Positions 35,176-45,790 of a stretch of 64,000 bases of DNA are shown here, in pieces. Source of the DNA: Scyliorhinus canicula (lineage: Eukaryota). A program made the position numbers and the translations under genes. A model generated the notes under the pieces. The model saw nothing but the letters and a program-made list of their open reading frames with translations. It was not told where the DNA came from and ran no database searches. Numbering within the stretch: the first letter of the stretch is position 1; every line of letters starts with the position of its first letter. The DNA lies in assembly GCF_902713615.1 (NCBI RefSeq), contig NW_024055479.1, positions 310,001 to 374,000 of the forward strand. Direction: 5' to 3'.

Positions 35176-35890
35176 ATTAATGAAAGAAGAAAATGGTCAA
35201 ATCGTAGAAAATGCAATCAGAAACTCTGGGAAATGTTAAACCACAGTCAGTGATTGACCTTTCAACACCGTGTCCAACATCAGTTGGGCCCCATTGTTGC
35301 TGTTGATTCGCAATGAATTATGTTGGAGCTTGCTGTGCCTGGTGATAAAATCCAGTTGGGTTACTCTCCTCACAATTATTTTAGGAACAGATTGGCTCAC
35401 GGATGAAAAGATGTTCCCTTGGGTTTGTCTCTCAGCAAGGAAAAACGGAACTGAATAGTCACATAATCGTGGGGAGCACGGTAGCATGGTGGTTAGCATA
35501 AATGCTTCACAACTCCAGGGTCCCACGTTCGATTCCCGGCTGGGTCACTGTCTGTGCGGAGTCTGCACGTCCTCCCCGTGGGTTTCCTCCGGGTGCTCCG
35601 GTTTTCTCCCACAGTCCAAAGATGTGCGGGTTAGGTGGATTGTCCATGCTAAATCAGCTCCCACCACCCATTCTGACAGTGCATTTCAGATCGTTAGAGT
35701 TTACTGGGTGGAATAAAACATCACCTCACCAACATCCCCATTGGTTTGCATTGTATCAATTTATTGTAACAGTGAATACAATTAAAATGCAATTAAAGTG
35801 ATAACATTGCCACAAAAACTGAGCAATTCACGCGATTGGCAAATACTCCAGGTTAATCAGTGGTTAAACCATTTTCTTAATCCATGCTCA

Positions 35891-36539
35891 GGTTTCTGTA
35901 CAGCTCTCTCCGTGCTCTGTATCACTGTGTGTGTAATCCTCACCATGGTCAGGTTTCTGTACAGCTCTCTCCGTGCTCTGTATCACTGTGTGTGATCCTC
36001 ACCATGTTCAGGTTTCTGTACAGCTCCCTCCGTGCTCTGTATCACTGTGTGTGTGAGATCCTCACCATGTCCAGGTTTCTGTACAGCTGTCTCCGTGCTC
36101 TGTATCACTGTGTCTGTAATCCTCACCATGTTCAGGTTTTTGTACAGCTCTCTCCGTGCTCTATATCACTGTGAGTGTAATCCTCACCGTGTTCAGGTTT
36201 CTGTACAGCTCTCTCCGTGCTCTGTATCACTGTGTGTGTAATCCTCACCATGTTCAGGTTTCTGTACAGCTCTCTCCGTGCTCTGTATCACTGTGTGTGT
36301 AATCCTCACCATGTTCAGGTTTCTGTACAGCTCTCTCCGTGCTCTGTATCACTGTGTGTGTAATCCTCACCATGGTCAGGTTTTTGTACAGCTGTCTCCG
36401 TGCTCTGTATCACTGTGTGTGTAATCCTCACCATGGTCAGGTTTCTGTACAGCTCTCTCCGTGCTCTGTATCACTGTGTGTGTAATCCTCACCATGGTCA
36501 GGTTTTTGTACAGCTGTCTCCGTGCTCTGTATCACTGTG
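35891..36539 (-). repeat. Tandem array of 11 complete 23-RSS (about 61-bp unit)
   Basis: Each unit is CACAGTG + 23 bp + ACAGAAACC or ACAAAAACC + about 22-bp linker. Confidence 0.95.
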
Positions 36540-36845
36540 CTGTGTGCCGGCTCAGTGCAGCGTAGTACACAGCAGAGTCGCTCGGTTGAAGTTTGGAGAT
36601 CTTTAAACGGCTGATTTCCTTGGAAGTGTCGATAGAAGCAGAAATTCTCCCACCGGCAGCGTTTTCTTTATTCTCCTGTCCTGAAGTGTGTCTCTTAAGC
36701 AGGAATTCCGGAGCCTGTCCTGGGGACTGACGGTACCAGCGTACTGTGTACTGACACAACCCTGAATATTCCCAATTTAAAGTAACTGTGTCACCGGCAG
36801 CAGAGTTTTGGATAGGCGGGTTCTTGGACACCAAGGAACTGGAAT
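36540..36845 (-). CDS. Leaderless supporting TCR V-delta segment of NAR-TCR
   Basis: Acceptor ttttcatccgccAG; DSSSLVSKNPPIQNSAAGDTVTLNWEYSGLCQYTVRWYRQSPGQAPEFLL...DSAVYYAALSR; CDR1 Cys; no leader exon found between it and the J; phase compatible with J donor; perfect 23-RSS. Confidence 0.85.
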
Positions 36846-37511
36846 CTGGCGGATGAAAAAAACGTCATTTGTTTTGTTCGGGAAGCCATTATTTGTTAAT
36901 CACGTGAATAGCTCAGTTGTTTATGGTATTGTTTTTATTTTAATTCTGCTTGAACTGTATTAACTTTTATGTCAATATGAACCAGTGAGGAATGAGTGGC
37001 TATTATCTTTCCCGCCACAAGCTCGAAAGTTCCGCAATGCACACTCGATATATGTGGTGGGAACTGATTCCACAAAGACTTATAAACGGGCAATGACCGG
37101 GATAGGAAAATGCTGAGTTATAGGAAAATTAAATGGTTCATGGGAAGAAGTGTATTTCATTGACAAAGGGCAGCATCTGCCCGTGGGGCCTAATGCGATC
37201 CTTACTTCTGCATGTTTCTACCATGGGTGTGACATTTCTGCTCCTATTTTCCTTGCTGAGGAACAGACGCGAGGGAACATTTTCACATCAGTGAGACAAT
37301 CTGTTTCCTGATATAATTGGCCGAGTTTAACCGAACTGCATTCATCACTTAGCACAGCAAGATCCAACAGAAAATGCTTGCGATTCATTGGCTATGGATA
37401 CAAACCGACGTTGGACATCCGTAGTTAGATGTCAATCACTGACTGCAGTTTAACATTTCCCGGAGTTTCTGATTGCTTTTTACTCTGTCTATTTTCTTTA
37501 ATCAATAATAT

Positions 37512-38030
37512 ATTTCTCCGTTTCTCTTTAAATTGAATCATTTACTGTTAGTTTCATTTTATTTCTACATTTACTTTGCGCTGTTTGAGCTTTTCGTGAT
37601 CGTGGGAACTTGTCCCAAAGCCTCTCAGTTGTCGGTTGGGTTCAGTCTGTTCAGTTTCCGCAGTGGGTTTCACTGTTACTCACTGGGAACTGCCTCTTCC
37701 GGCTCTCTGACAATTACAATTCTTTCAGTTTATTAACTGATTCTATCTCGGGTTCTCTGAGCGAACTTTTCTGTAAGTTTTATATTGTGTATAATATAGA
37801 GGGCTAAACGATTTGGCCCAACTGATTTATGTCTGTGCATACTCCAGGTCAGCCTAACCCGCCCGAAATCGAGTTGGCCATTTCCATCCAGCACCTTTTT
37901 TCGCTCCATTCTGTTTCCCCTCCTTTATTTTCCATCCAACCCATTTCTGAACCAATTGTCTTTGCTCCAACCACTCAATGTGGCAGCGATTGGTATACCC
38001 TGATGTCTCTGTGTAGAAATATCTGTTTCC
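37512..38030 (-). repeat. Right arm of inverted repeat pair
   Basis: Reverse complement of 34690..35175. Confidence 0.85.
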
Positions 38031-38152
38031 AATTTGTGTCTGTTTTCTGTTAATGACTATTACATGTTCACCGTCCCTTTCTCTGGAAAAACGCACAAAT
38101 CACCATTCAGATCTATGTTCATAATTTAATTCACCTATAAATCCTCCTCGTG

Positions 38153-38384
38153 GGCAGCACGATGGCGCAGTGGGTTAGCCCCGTTGCCTCACGGCGCCGA
38201 GGTCCCAGGTTCGATCCCGGCTCTGGGTCACTGTCCGTGTGGAGTTTGCACATTCTCCCCGTGTTTGCGTGAGTTTCACCCCCACAACCCAAAGATGTGC
38301 AAGGTAGGTAAATCGAACACACTAAATTGCCCCTTAATTGGAAAAAAAATAAAAATGAATTGGGTACTCTAAATTTTTTTTTTT
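38153..38384 (+). mobile_element. HE1-type SINE with 13-bp target-site duplication
   Basis: aatcctcctcgtg at 38140-38152 and 38385-38397. Confidence 0.88.
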
Positions 38385-38939
38385 AATCCTCCTCGTGATT
38401 CTCCAACCCTCGGTGAAAGTGGACCCAACATGTTGAACCTTTCCAGAGAGATTTGCATTGCAGCTGATTTCCGTCCTCAGAACCGCAAGATTCAAAAGAC
38501 AATTTCTAACGGGTAGAAGTAATACCGACGAGACCACCTTTCAAAGTTGACCCGCCATTCATTTATATGCTCGCTGATCCCCTACCTCAACAACCAGTCC
38601 CCCCATTGTCGCCAGAACCTTTGATACTTTTATATCTAACAATCTATTCAACACTTCTGTGAATAAACTCACACCTGAGAATCCAGAACTCTTTGAGGAA
38701 CAGAAATCAAAGATTCACATGAATTGGTTAAGTAAAGAAATGTATCCTCTTCTTAACTCTACTGCCGAAACACATATTCTGGAACTGGGATCCCAAGTTA
38801 TAACCTAGCCAGCGTGGATACACTTACCCAGTATCTGATCTGCCAAGCCCTTTGAACATATGGTATGTTCTGATGAAGTTACATCTCAGGGCTCTACATT
38901 ACATGGAATATCGGTCTAAATAACTCAATTTCAACTCAC

Positions 38940-39650
38940 AGTAATTTACCTCAGGAATATTTGTAAAATTTCTTCCCAAGCATGGAGATAATTTCTGAAC
39001 TGAGGTGACTGAACCCTATGCAGCATTCCAGACCATAGTCCCAGCACTGATCTCTGCTGAACACCACCAGTAGTCACAGCACTCCATTCAGCAAATAACC
39101 CTTCCATTACTACTCTCTGCCATCTATGACCTAGCCAGTTCTGTATCCTTCTTGCAAGCTCACAACTGATCCCGTGTGACTTCACCTTTTGTACCAGTCT
39201 GCCATGAGGGACCTTGTCAAAGGCCTTACTGAAGTCCATATAGACAACATCCACTGCCCTATCTCCAGCAACCACCATTGTGACCTCCTTGAAAAACTCT
39301 ATTAAGTTAGTGAGACACGACCTCCCCTTCACAAAACCATGCTGCCTTTCACTCATACGTCTACTTGCTTCCAAATGGGAGTAGATCCTGTCTCGAAGAA
39401 TTCTCTCCACTATTTTCCCTACCACTGATGTAAGGCTCACCGGCTTGTAGTTCCCTGGATTATCCTTGCTCCCTTCTTAAACAATAGAACAACATAGGCT
39501 ATTCTCCAGTCCTCTGGAACATACCTGAAGACAGTGAGGATCCAAAGATTTCTATCAAGGCCTCAGCAATTTCCTCGCTAGCCTTCTTCAGTATTCTGGG
39601 GTAGCTCCCATCCGGCCCTGGGGACATTTCCACCTTAATATTTTTCATGA
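38940..39650 (-). mobile_element. Decayed CR1 RT fragment
   Basis: ORF 38946..39440 QHGFVKGRSCLTNL, YMDFSKAFDKVPH. Confidence 0.85.
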
Positions 39651-40560
39651 CGATGATCCTCAACTCTACTATCCCACCTTATACCCCTAACGCTCGACGC
39701 CCTCACTGAATACATGTCTGTCTCTTTCAGCCTTGAACATGCTTAGCGCCAATATTTCACAGTTTCACGGCCGTCTGAGAGAACAAGTTCCTCCTAGTCT
39801 CTGTTTTACATGGCGCCCCTTGACTCAGAGATTATGCCCTCTGCTTCGAGACACTCCCACAAAAGGGAATCCACTCAGGATCCAGCTTGTGAAAACCCCA
39901 GATTATCCTATCTGTCTCAATAAGGTCAAGTCTCTTTCTTCGAATCTCCTTTATAGAAATTACCTCCAAAGACGGGGCCAACCTCGTGAATTTTCTCCGG
40001 ACTGTTTCAAATGTCGGTACATGCGCTTCCTCAAATGTTGCGTTTCTTCACATGGTGCATCAATCACATTGCGCAGTTCGGAGAACGAACGGCTGCCGTG
40101 GAGAGAGCTCTAAGAGCCGATGTGGTGACCAAATGGACATACACAGAGCCCCCTCACAGACCAACTCCGACAGCGGAGTCCGGACTGTCGACAATCTGCT
40201 TTCATTAAAAACAGTTCGGAATGAGAGAGCCTGTGATGTTGAGCATGGACATGATGTGCCATTAAACTAGTAATGGTCCACATACTGTCAACTCCCACCA
40301 ACACCACCACCCAACCCCAATTACCACTACCCCTATCCCTCTGGCCTCCTGCTCCATGTACAGTTTCCACAGGAAAGACCTGGGCCCAACTCCAGAATCA
40401 TATTCTGCTCGGAAATCAAAATCTGCCGCCAAGAATATTACTTAGAAAGCAGATCAGCTCCAGTTTCAATCGGTTTTAAGAAATACGGATCATAATAATA
40501 AACTGAGGGCTACCATTCACGGACACGCTCTGTAAAATACCGGGGTTTGGAGACACTTAC

Positions 40561-40618
40561 CGGTTGTGACAGTCACCACCGTCCCGGATCCATCAGCAGA
40601 AGCATGTTTCCAGAACCA
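40561..40618 (-). CDS. NAR-TCR J segment
   Basis: WFWKHASADGSGTVVTVTT, NAR-type xGxGT motif; donor G|GTAAGT. Confidence 0.9.
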
Positions 40619-40657
40619 CACAGTGACACGGTTCTCAGACTCCCCGGTACAATAACC
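40619..40657 (+). promoter_or_regulatory. J 23-RSS
   Basis: CACAGTG 40619-40625, 23-bp spacer, ACAATAACC 40649-40657. Confidence 0.92.
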
Positions 40658-40967
40658 ACCGACACCTCAAACAGCAGGAAAATGATCACCAATCATTCGA
40701 TGCTACCTAATTATTCGGGGGGTTGAAATACATAAACAACATCCAATGTTTCAGAGACTGTTGATTTAAACCGTTCTCTGTGAGGCCCTGAGCTATGACT
40801 AAATGTCCGGAGGCAGGAAATATTCGCTTCATATAAACCGACGACAATGATAAAGAAAGATGGAAATGGTGGAAATGACAATGAAACGTAACCAGGTTAC
40901 AGCCATGATAACATCATCCTGATAATTCGCCGCCAGGCCGGGCGAATTGTTATTTGCTTTGTGCGGA

Positions 40968-41038
40968 GGAAATTGACCCGGTCTCTGTCACTGTGAATAT
41001 TCCAACCCAGCACAGTATGGCAAGTCAATATAAAATCC
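40968..41038 (-). other. NAR-TCR D segment (core 40996-41010, CTGGGTTGGAATATT) with 12/12 RSS
   Basis: V-side CACAGTA-12-ATAAAATCC; J-side CACAGTG-12-TCAATTTCC (weaker nonamer, 5/9); satisfies 12/23 rule with V and J. Confidence 0.8.
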
Positions 41039-41362
41039 CCGGCTATATGGTGAACGTGGGCACATAATTTCAACAGTGGGGACTGCGGTTCCCAGTTCCC
41101 TCTGTTGGAACAGGATCCGGCTGATCTGAGGGTTCGTCACTGAGATCAGTTATTCCCAATCACTATTCACTGACACTAATTTCTGGGAAAGTATCAACAT
41201 CCGCACAAACTCGGCGTTTATAAAACTCAAGATGTTAAAGGGAATGATCCAGTCTCATTATAAACCAGAGCATGGGACAGACAGTGTGAGGCGGAACTGT
41301 GGGGGGGTTCAGGGCAGATTAACTCCGCTTTTACATTTGTTTATGTGATAATCCGCACTGAG

Positions 41363-41400
41363 GGATTTTGTACCGCGGGAAGACGAGACCCATCACTGTG
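41363..41400 (-). promoter_or_regulatory. NAR-TCR V RSS (22-bp spacer)
   Basis: CACAGTG, 22 bp, ACAAAATCC. Confidence 0.9.
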
Positions 41401-41691
41401 TGCTCCTGTATCTGCACTGAGCTTTACAGAAATAGGTGGCGCTGTCTTCAACTCTCACATCCCGAATTTCCAGCGAAAATGTCTTTTCTGCTTTATTCAC
41501 CGTCACAACAAATCTCCCTCCGCTGGAGATCCGCTCCCAATCTGCCCCGGGCTGGGTTTGTCTGAAGAAATCCCCGCTTTTCAATTCAACAGTATAGTAT
41601 CCACTGTGTAAAACACAGGTGATAGTGAGAGACTGGCACTCCTCCCTGGTCACCGCTTCTGGGTCCTGTGTCACTGACTGACTGAAATATC
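41401..41691 (-). CDS. NAR-type V segment of NAR-TCR
   Basis: YFSQSVTQDPEAVTREECQSLTITC...WERISSGGRFVVTVNKAEKTFSLEIRDVRVEDSATYFCKAQCRYRS; short VNAR fold with the CDR2-region deletion; acceptor ttccAG. Confidence 0.92.
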
Positions 41692-41838
41692 CTGGAAATT
41701 AAACAGAGACAGTTTAATGGGCCATCACAGCCAGAAACACAGATCAGGGCTAAAACCCCAGACAGTCTGTAATTGGGATGGACTCGGGCAGCTTTGTGTT
41801 AAATCCACACAATGTGGGTTAGTCTGATCGGTACTCAC

Positions 41839-41884
41839 GGGGTAAACAGACACACAGCGTGAAAACAAGGAGGATCCCCATCAT
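41839..41884 (-). CDS. Leader exon of NAR-TCR V (MMGILLVFTLCVCLP)
   Basis: ATG, hydrophobic core, donor C|GTGAGT, 147-nt intron, phase 1 joins V exon in frame. Confidence 0.88.
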
Positions 41885-43464
41885 TCTGCTGCCTGGAGCT
41901 GGTGGTTTAGATGACGGGGATCTGGAGACTGCAGACCTGGACTGCTCTGGAAGACTGCGCCTCAGACCTGAACTGAAATTAAATTAAGCCCTTAAATCGG
42001 TAAATTAGGCCACGCCCCCAGGCTACCTCACAACAGAACTTGAGTATTGAAGCGGTACAGCCGGTTGCAAACACTCAGTCGAACATCCACAGCTCTTGCT
42101 ACCAGGGAGCCTCCAGTTGCCTGTCGCTTCATTGGATTTGTGAGCTGGGGTTCAAACGTAGCTCAAACTGGGCGCCAAGGTAGCACAGTGGTGAGCGCTG
42201 TTGCTTCACAGCGCCAGGGACCCAGGTTTGATTTCTGACTTGGGTCACTGATTGTGCGGAGTCTGAACGTTCTCCCCGTGTCTGCGTGGGTTTCCTCCGG
42301 GTGCTGCGGGTTCCTTCCACAAGTCCCGAAAGACGTGCTGTTAGATGAATTGAACATTCTGAATTCTCCCTCTGTGAACCCGAACAAGCGCCGGAATGTG
42401 GCAACTAGGGGGTTTTCACAGTAAATGTCTAATCAGAATGCCGGAACCTCAGGACCAGCAACTTCCTTCAATCCAGAAGCTGATGATCAGGTTACAGTAT
42501 GATACAGACCACTGATAATATCCAGGTAGATATTTACAATATACATGATGATTATTGCACCATCGCCGTCTATGTTTTATAATACCAACAATGCTTCAAT
42601 TTAGTAATGATTACTTTCCAGTTCTGTCACATTCAGAATGCTCATTTGCAGTGACAGAGAATGGACAAATATTCAGAAGGACAACGTACACTGTGGGATC
42701 GGGTTAGGGGCTTGGAAGAATGAGGACAGACAATATAAAGTGAATGATGCAAGTTGGTAGGCACTGGGGAAAGAGCGGGAGAGGTGATGTGATGGGAGGG
42801 AAGGTTGAAACTTCTGTTAAATCCATTTTAAGTTATTCGCTTGATCAGCAGGAAGCGTGTACAGAGGTGAAACTGTTGAAGGTGATAATATCTCGGCTAG
42901 ATTAATGTTCAAATCTGGACTGCATATCTGAGAATGATTTGAGGGTCTCAGAAAGGGTGCGAGTCAGAATCATTAATATTGAACTAATGAAGAAATGCTT
43001 CCGCTTTGTGCAAAGACTGGGGAATGTGATCCTGCCCTCCGTAAAACAGAGAAGTCTGAGCGAATATTTGGTTGACATTAGACCACAAGACTATAAGATA
43101 TAGGAGCAGAATTAAGCCACACGGCCCATCGAGTCTGCTCTGCTCTCAACAATTCCAGTTGAATAAATAAGGAAATATTGCCTCTAGTGGCAGAAGGTTC
43201 AGTCACCAGAGGACTGTCATTTGAAGGATGGGTATCTGCTAAACTTAGCAGCTAAAGAACCGAAGACAAGTTGACAGGCATTTCCTTTGCAATGTGAGTG
43301 TTTGTGACGTGTTCACTGACTGAAAGGCAAGCGGATTTAAAAGTCAAAAAAGGAATAGGATAACGTCCTTAAATTGATCCTTTAGCAAGGCAGCGGGACG
43401 GAGCAATGGAGTGAGAGTAAATTGGTAGTTCTGCGCAGAGTTCATAGGCACCATGTGCTGACTG

Positions 43465-43840
43465 AATGAAATGAAATGAAAATCGCTTATTGTCACAAGA
43501 TGAAAGGTGAAAATCGCTTATTGTCACGAGTAGGCTTCAATGAAGTTACTGTGAAAAGCCCCTAGTCGCCACATTCCGGCGCCTGTCCGGGGAGGCTGGT
43601 ACAGGGATCGAACCGTGCTTCTGGCCTGCTTGGTCTGCTTTAAAAGCCAGCGATTTAGCCCAGTGAGCTAAACCAGTCCCGCAGGTAGGCTTCAATTAAG
43701 TTACTGTGAAAAGCCCCTAGTCGCCACATTCGGGTGCCTGTTCAGGGAGACTGGCACGGGAATTGAACCGGGCTGCTGGCCTGCCTTGGTCTGCTTTCAA
43801 AGCCAGTGATTTAGCCCTGTGCTAAACCAGCCCCTGACCT
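43465..43840 (-). mobile_element. Two tandem copies of a second tRNA-derived SINE with (TTTCA)n tail
   Basis: ggggctggtttagctcac...ggttcgattcccgtaccagcct...gacaataagcgattttcatttca; other copies at about 33525-33695, 44212-44390, 53211-53390, 53578-53760, 54178-54360. Confidence 0.8.
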
Positions 43841-44389
43841 CATTGTGGGAATGAATGATGAGGGAATGGAACAGGTAGTTCTTGATGATTCCAGTATCCA
43901 AATATTTACCTATTTCCTCTGCAGTTACTTTTTGAAGTTCTGTACTAATCTAATGCAATTGAGTAACATATGGCGTGAGTAAAATGTTTGGAGAAGGAAG
44001 GCATGGCTTTACCGAGTTCATACTCCAGAGACAACCACCAAGATCTGGCACCGTCCAAGGACGGAGGAGGCTGTGTTTTAATCAGATGAGTTCTAAAGGA
44101 GAAGCAGAGAAAGCAATTTTCTTTAACACACCGAGTATCTGGTCGTTTGACTGAAACATATAGATAAAGCGGAGAGTTGGCTGCACATTGCTTAAAGACC
44201 ATAAGACCATAGGGGCTGGTTTACCACAGTAGAGCTAAACAGCTGACTTATAATACAGAACAAGGCCGGCAGCGCAGGTTCAATTCCCGTACCAGCCTCC
44301 CCGAACAGGCGCCCGAATGTGGCAACTAGGGGCTTTTCACAGTAACTTAATTGAAGCCTACCTGTGACAATAAGCGGTTATTATTATCA

Positions 44390-45790
44390 TATAAGACATA
44401 GAAGCAGAATTAGGCCACTCGACCCATTGAGTCTGCTCCGCCATTCAATCATGGCTGATATTTTTCTCATCCCCATTCTCCTGCCTACTCCCCATAACTT
44501 CTGATCCCCTTTTTGATCAAGAACCTATCTATCTCTGTCTTAAAGACACGCAGTGATTTGGCCTCCACAGCCTTCTGCGGAAAAGAGTTCTACAGATTCA
44601 CCACCCTCTGGCTGAAGAATTCCTCCTCATCTCTGTTTTAAAGGATTGTCCCTTTAGTTTGAGATTGTGTCCTCTGCTTAAAGTTTTTCCTACAAGTGGA
44701 AACATCCTCTCCACGTCCACTCTACCCAGGCCTCGTAGTATCCTGTAAGTTTCAATAAGATCCCCCCTCATCCTTCTAAACTCCAATGAGTACAGACCAG
44801 GGTCCTCAACCGTTTCTCATACGCCAAGCTCTTCATTCCAGGGATCCTTCCTGTTAACCTCCTCTGGACCCTTTCCAAGGCCAGCACATCTGTCCTTAGG
44901 TACGGACTCAACACTGCTCACAATATTCCAAATTGGGTCTGCCCAGAGCCTTATCCAGCCTCAGAAGTACATCCCTGGTCTTCGATTATATCCTCTTGAC
45001 ATGAATGCCAACATTGCATTTGGCTTCCTAACTGCCGACTGAACCTGCACGTTAACCTTCAGAGTATCCTGAACAAGGACACCCAAAGTCCCGTTGTGTT
45101 TCTGATTTCCTAAGCATTTCCCCATTTCGAAAATAGTCTATGTCTAAATTCCTCTTTCCAAACTGCATAACCTCACACTTTTCCACATTGCATTTCATCT
45201 GCCACTTTATTGCCCACTCTCCTAGCCATTTCAAATCCCTCTGCACACCCCTTGTTTCCTCAATACTATCTTTGTATCCTCTGCAAACCTCGCAACAGTG
45301 CCTTCAGTTCCTTATTCCAGATCATTAATGTATATTCTGAAAAGTTGTGATTCGAGCACAGATCCCTGAGGCACACCACTGGTCACCGGCTGTCATCCTG
45401 AAATAGGATCCCCACTTTATTCCCACTCTCTGCCTTCTGCCAGTCAGTCAATCCTCTCTCTATTACCAATGTCTTACCCTTAACACCATGGGCTCTCAAC
45501 CTTTTGAACAATCTCCGATGCGGCACCTTGTGAAAGGCCTTCTGGAAATCTAAATAAATCGCGTCCGCTGGTTCTCCTTTGCCGAACTTCCTCGTTACCT
45601 CCTCAAAGCTCTCTAACAGATTTGTCAGACATGACCTCCCATTGACAAAGCGGTGCTGACTCAGTCCTATTTTACCATGCACTTACAAGTACTCCGTGAT
45701 CTTATCTTTAAAAAGAGACTATAAAATCTTACCAACGACCAAAGTCAGGCTAACCGGCCTATAATTTCCCATCTCTGCTTCCCTCCCTTT
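44390..45790 (-). mobile_element. Decayed CR1
   Basis: ORFs 45383..45682, 45052..45246, 44598..44786 with RT text. Confidence 0.85.

Noticed and set aside
35891-36539. CRISPR-like array
   Set aside because: Units are near-identical along their whole length with no unique spacers, there are no cas genes and the context is vertebrate; it is an RSS minisatellite.
35884-36606. Repetitive ORFs such as MLRFLYSSLRALYHCV
   Set aside because: Read-through of the RSS minisatellite on the opposite strand; no coding evidence.
40660-41360. Additional D segments between NAR V and J
   Set aside because: Only one heptamer-flanked core (40996-41010) was found by eye.
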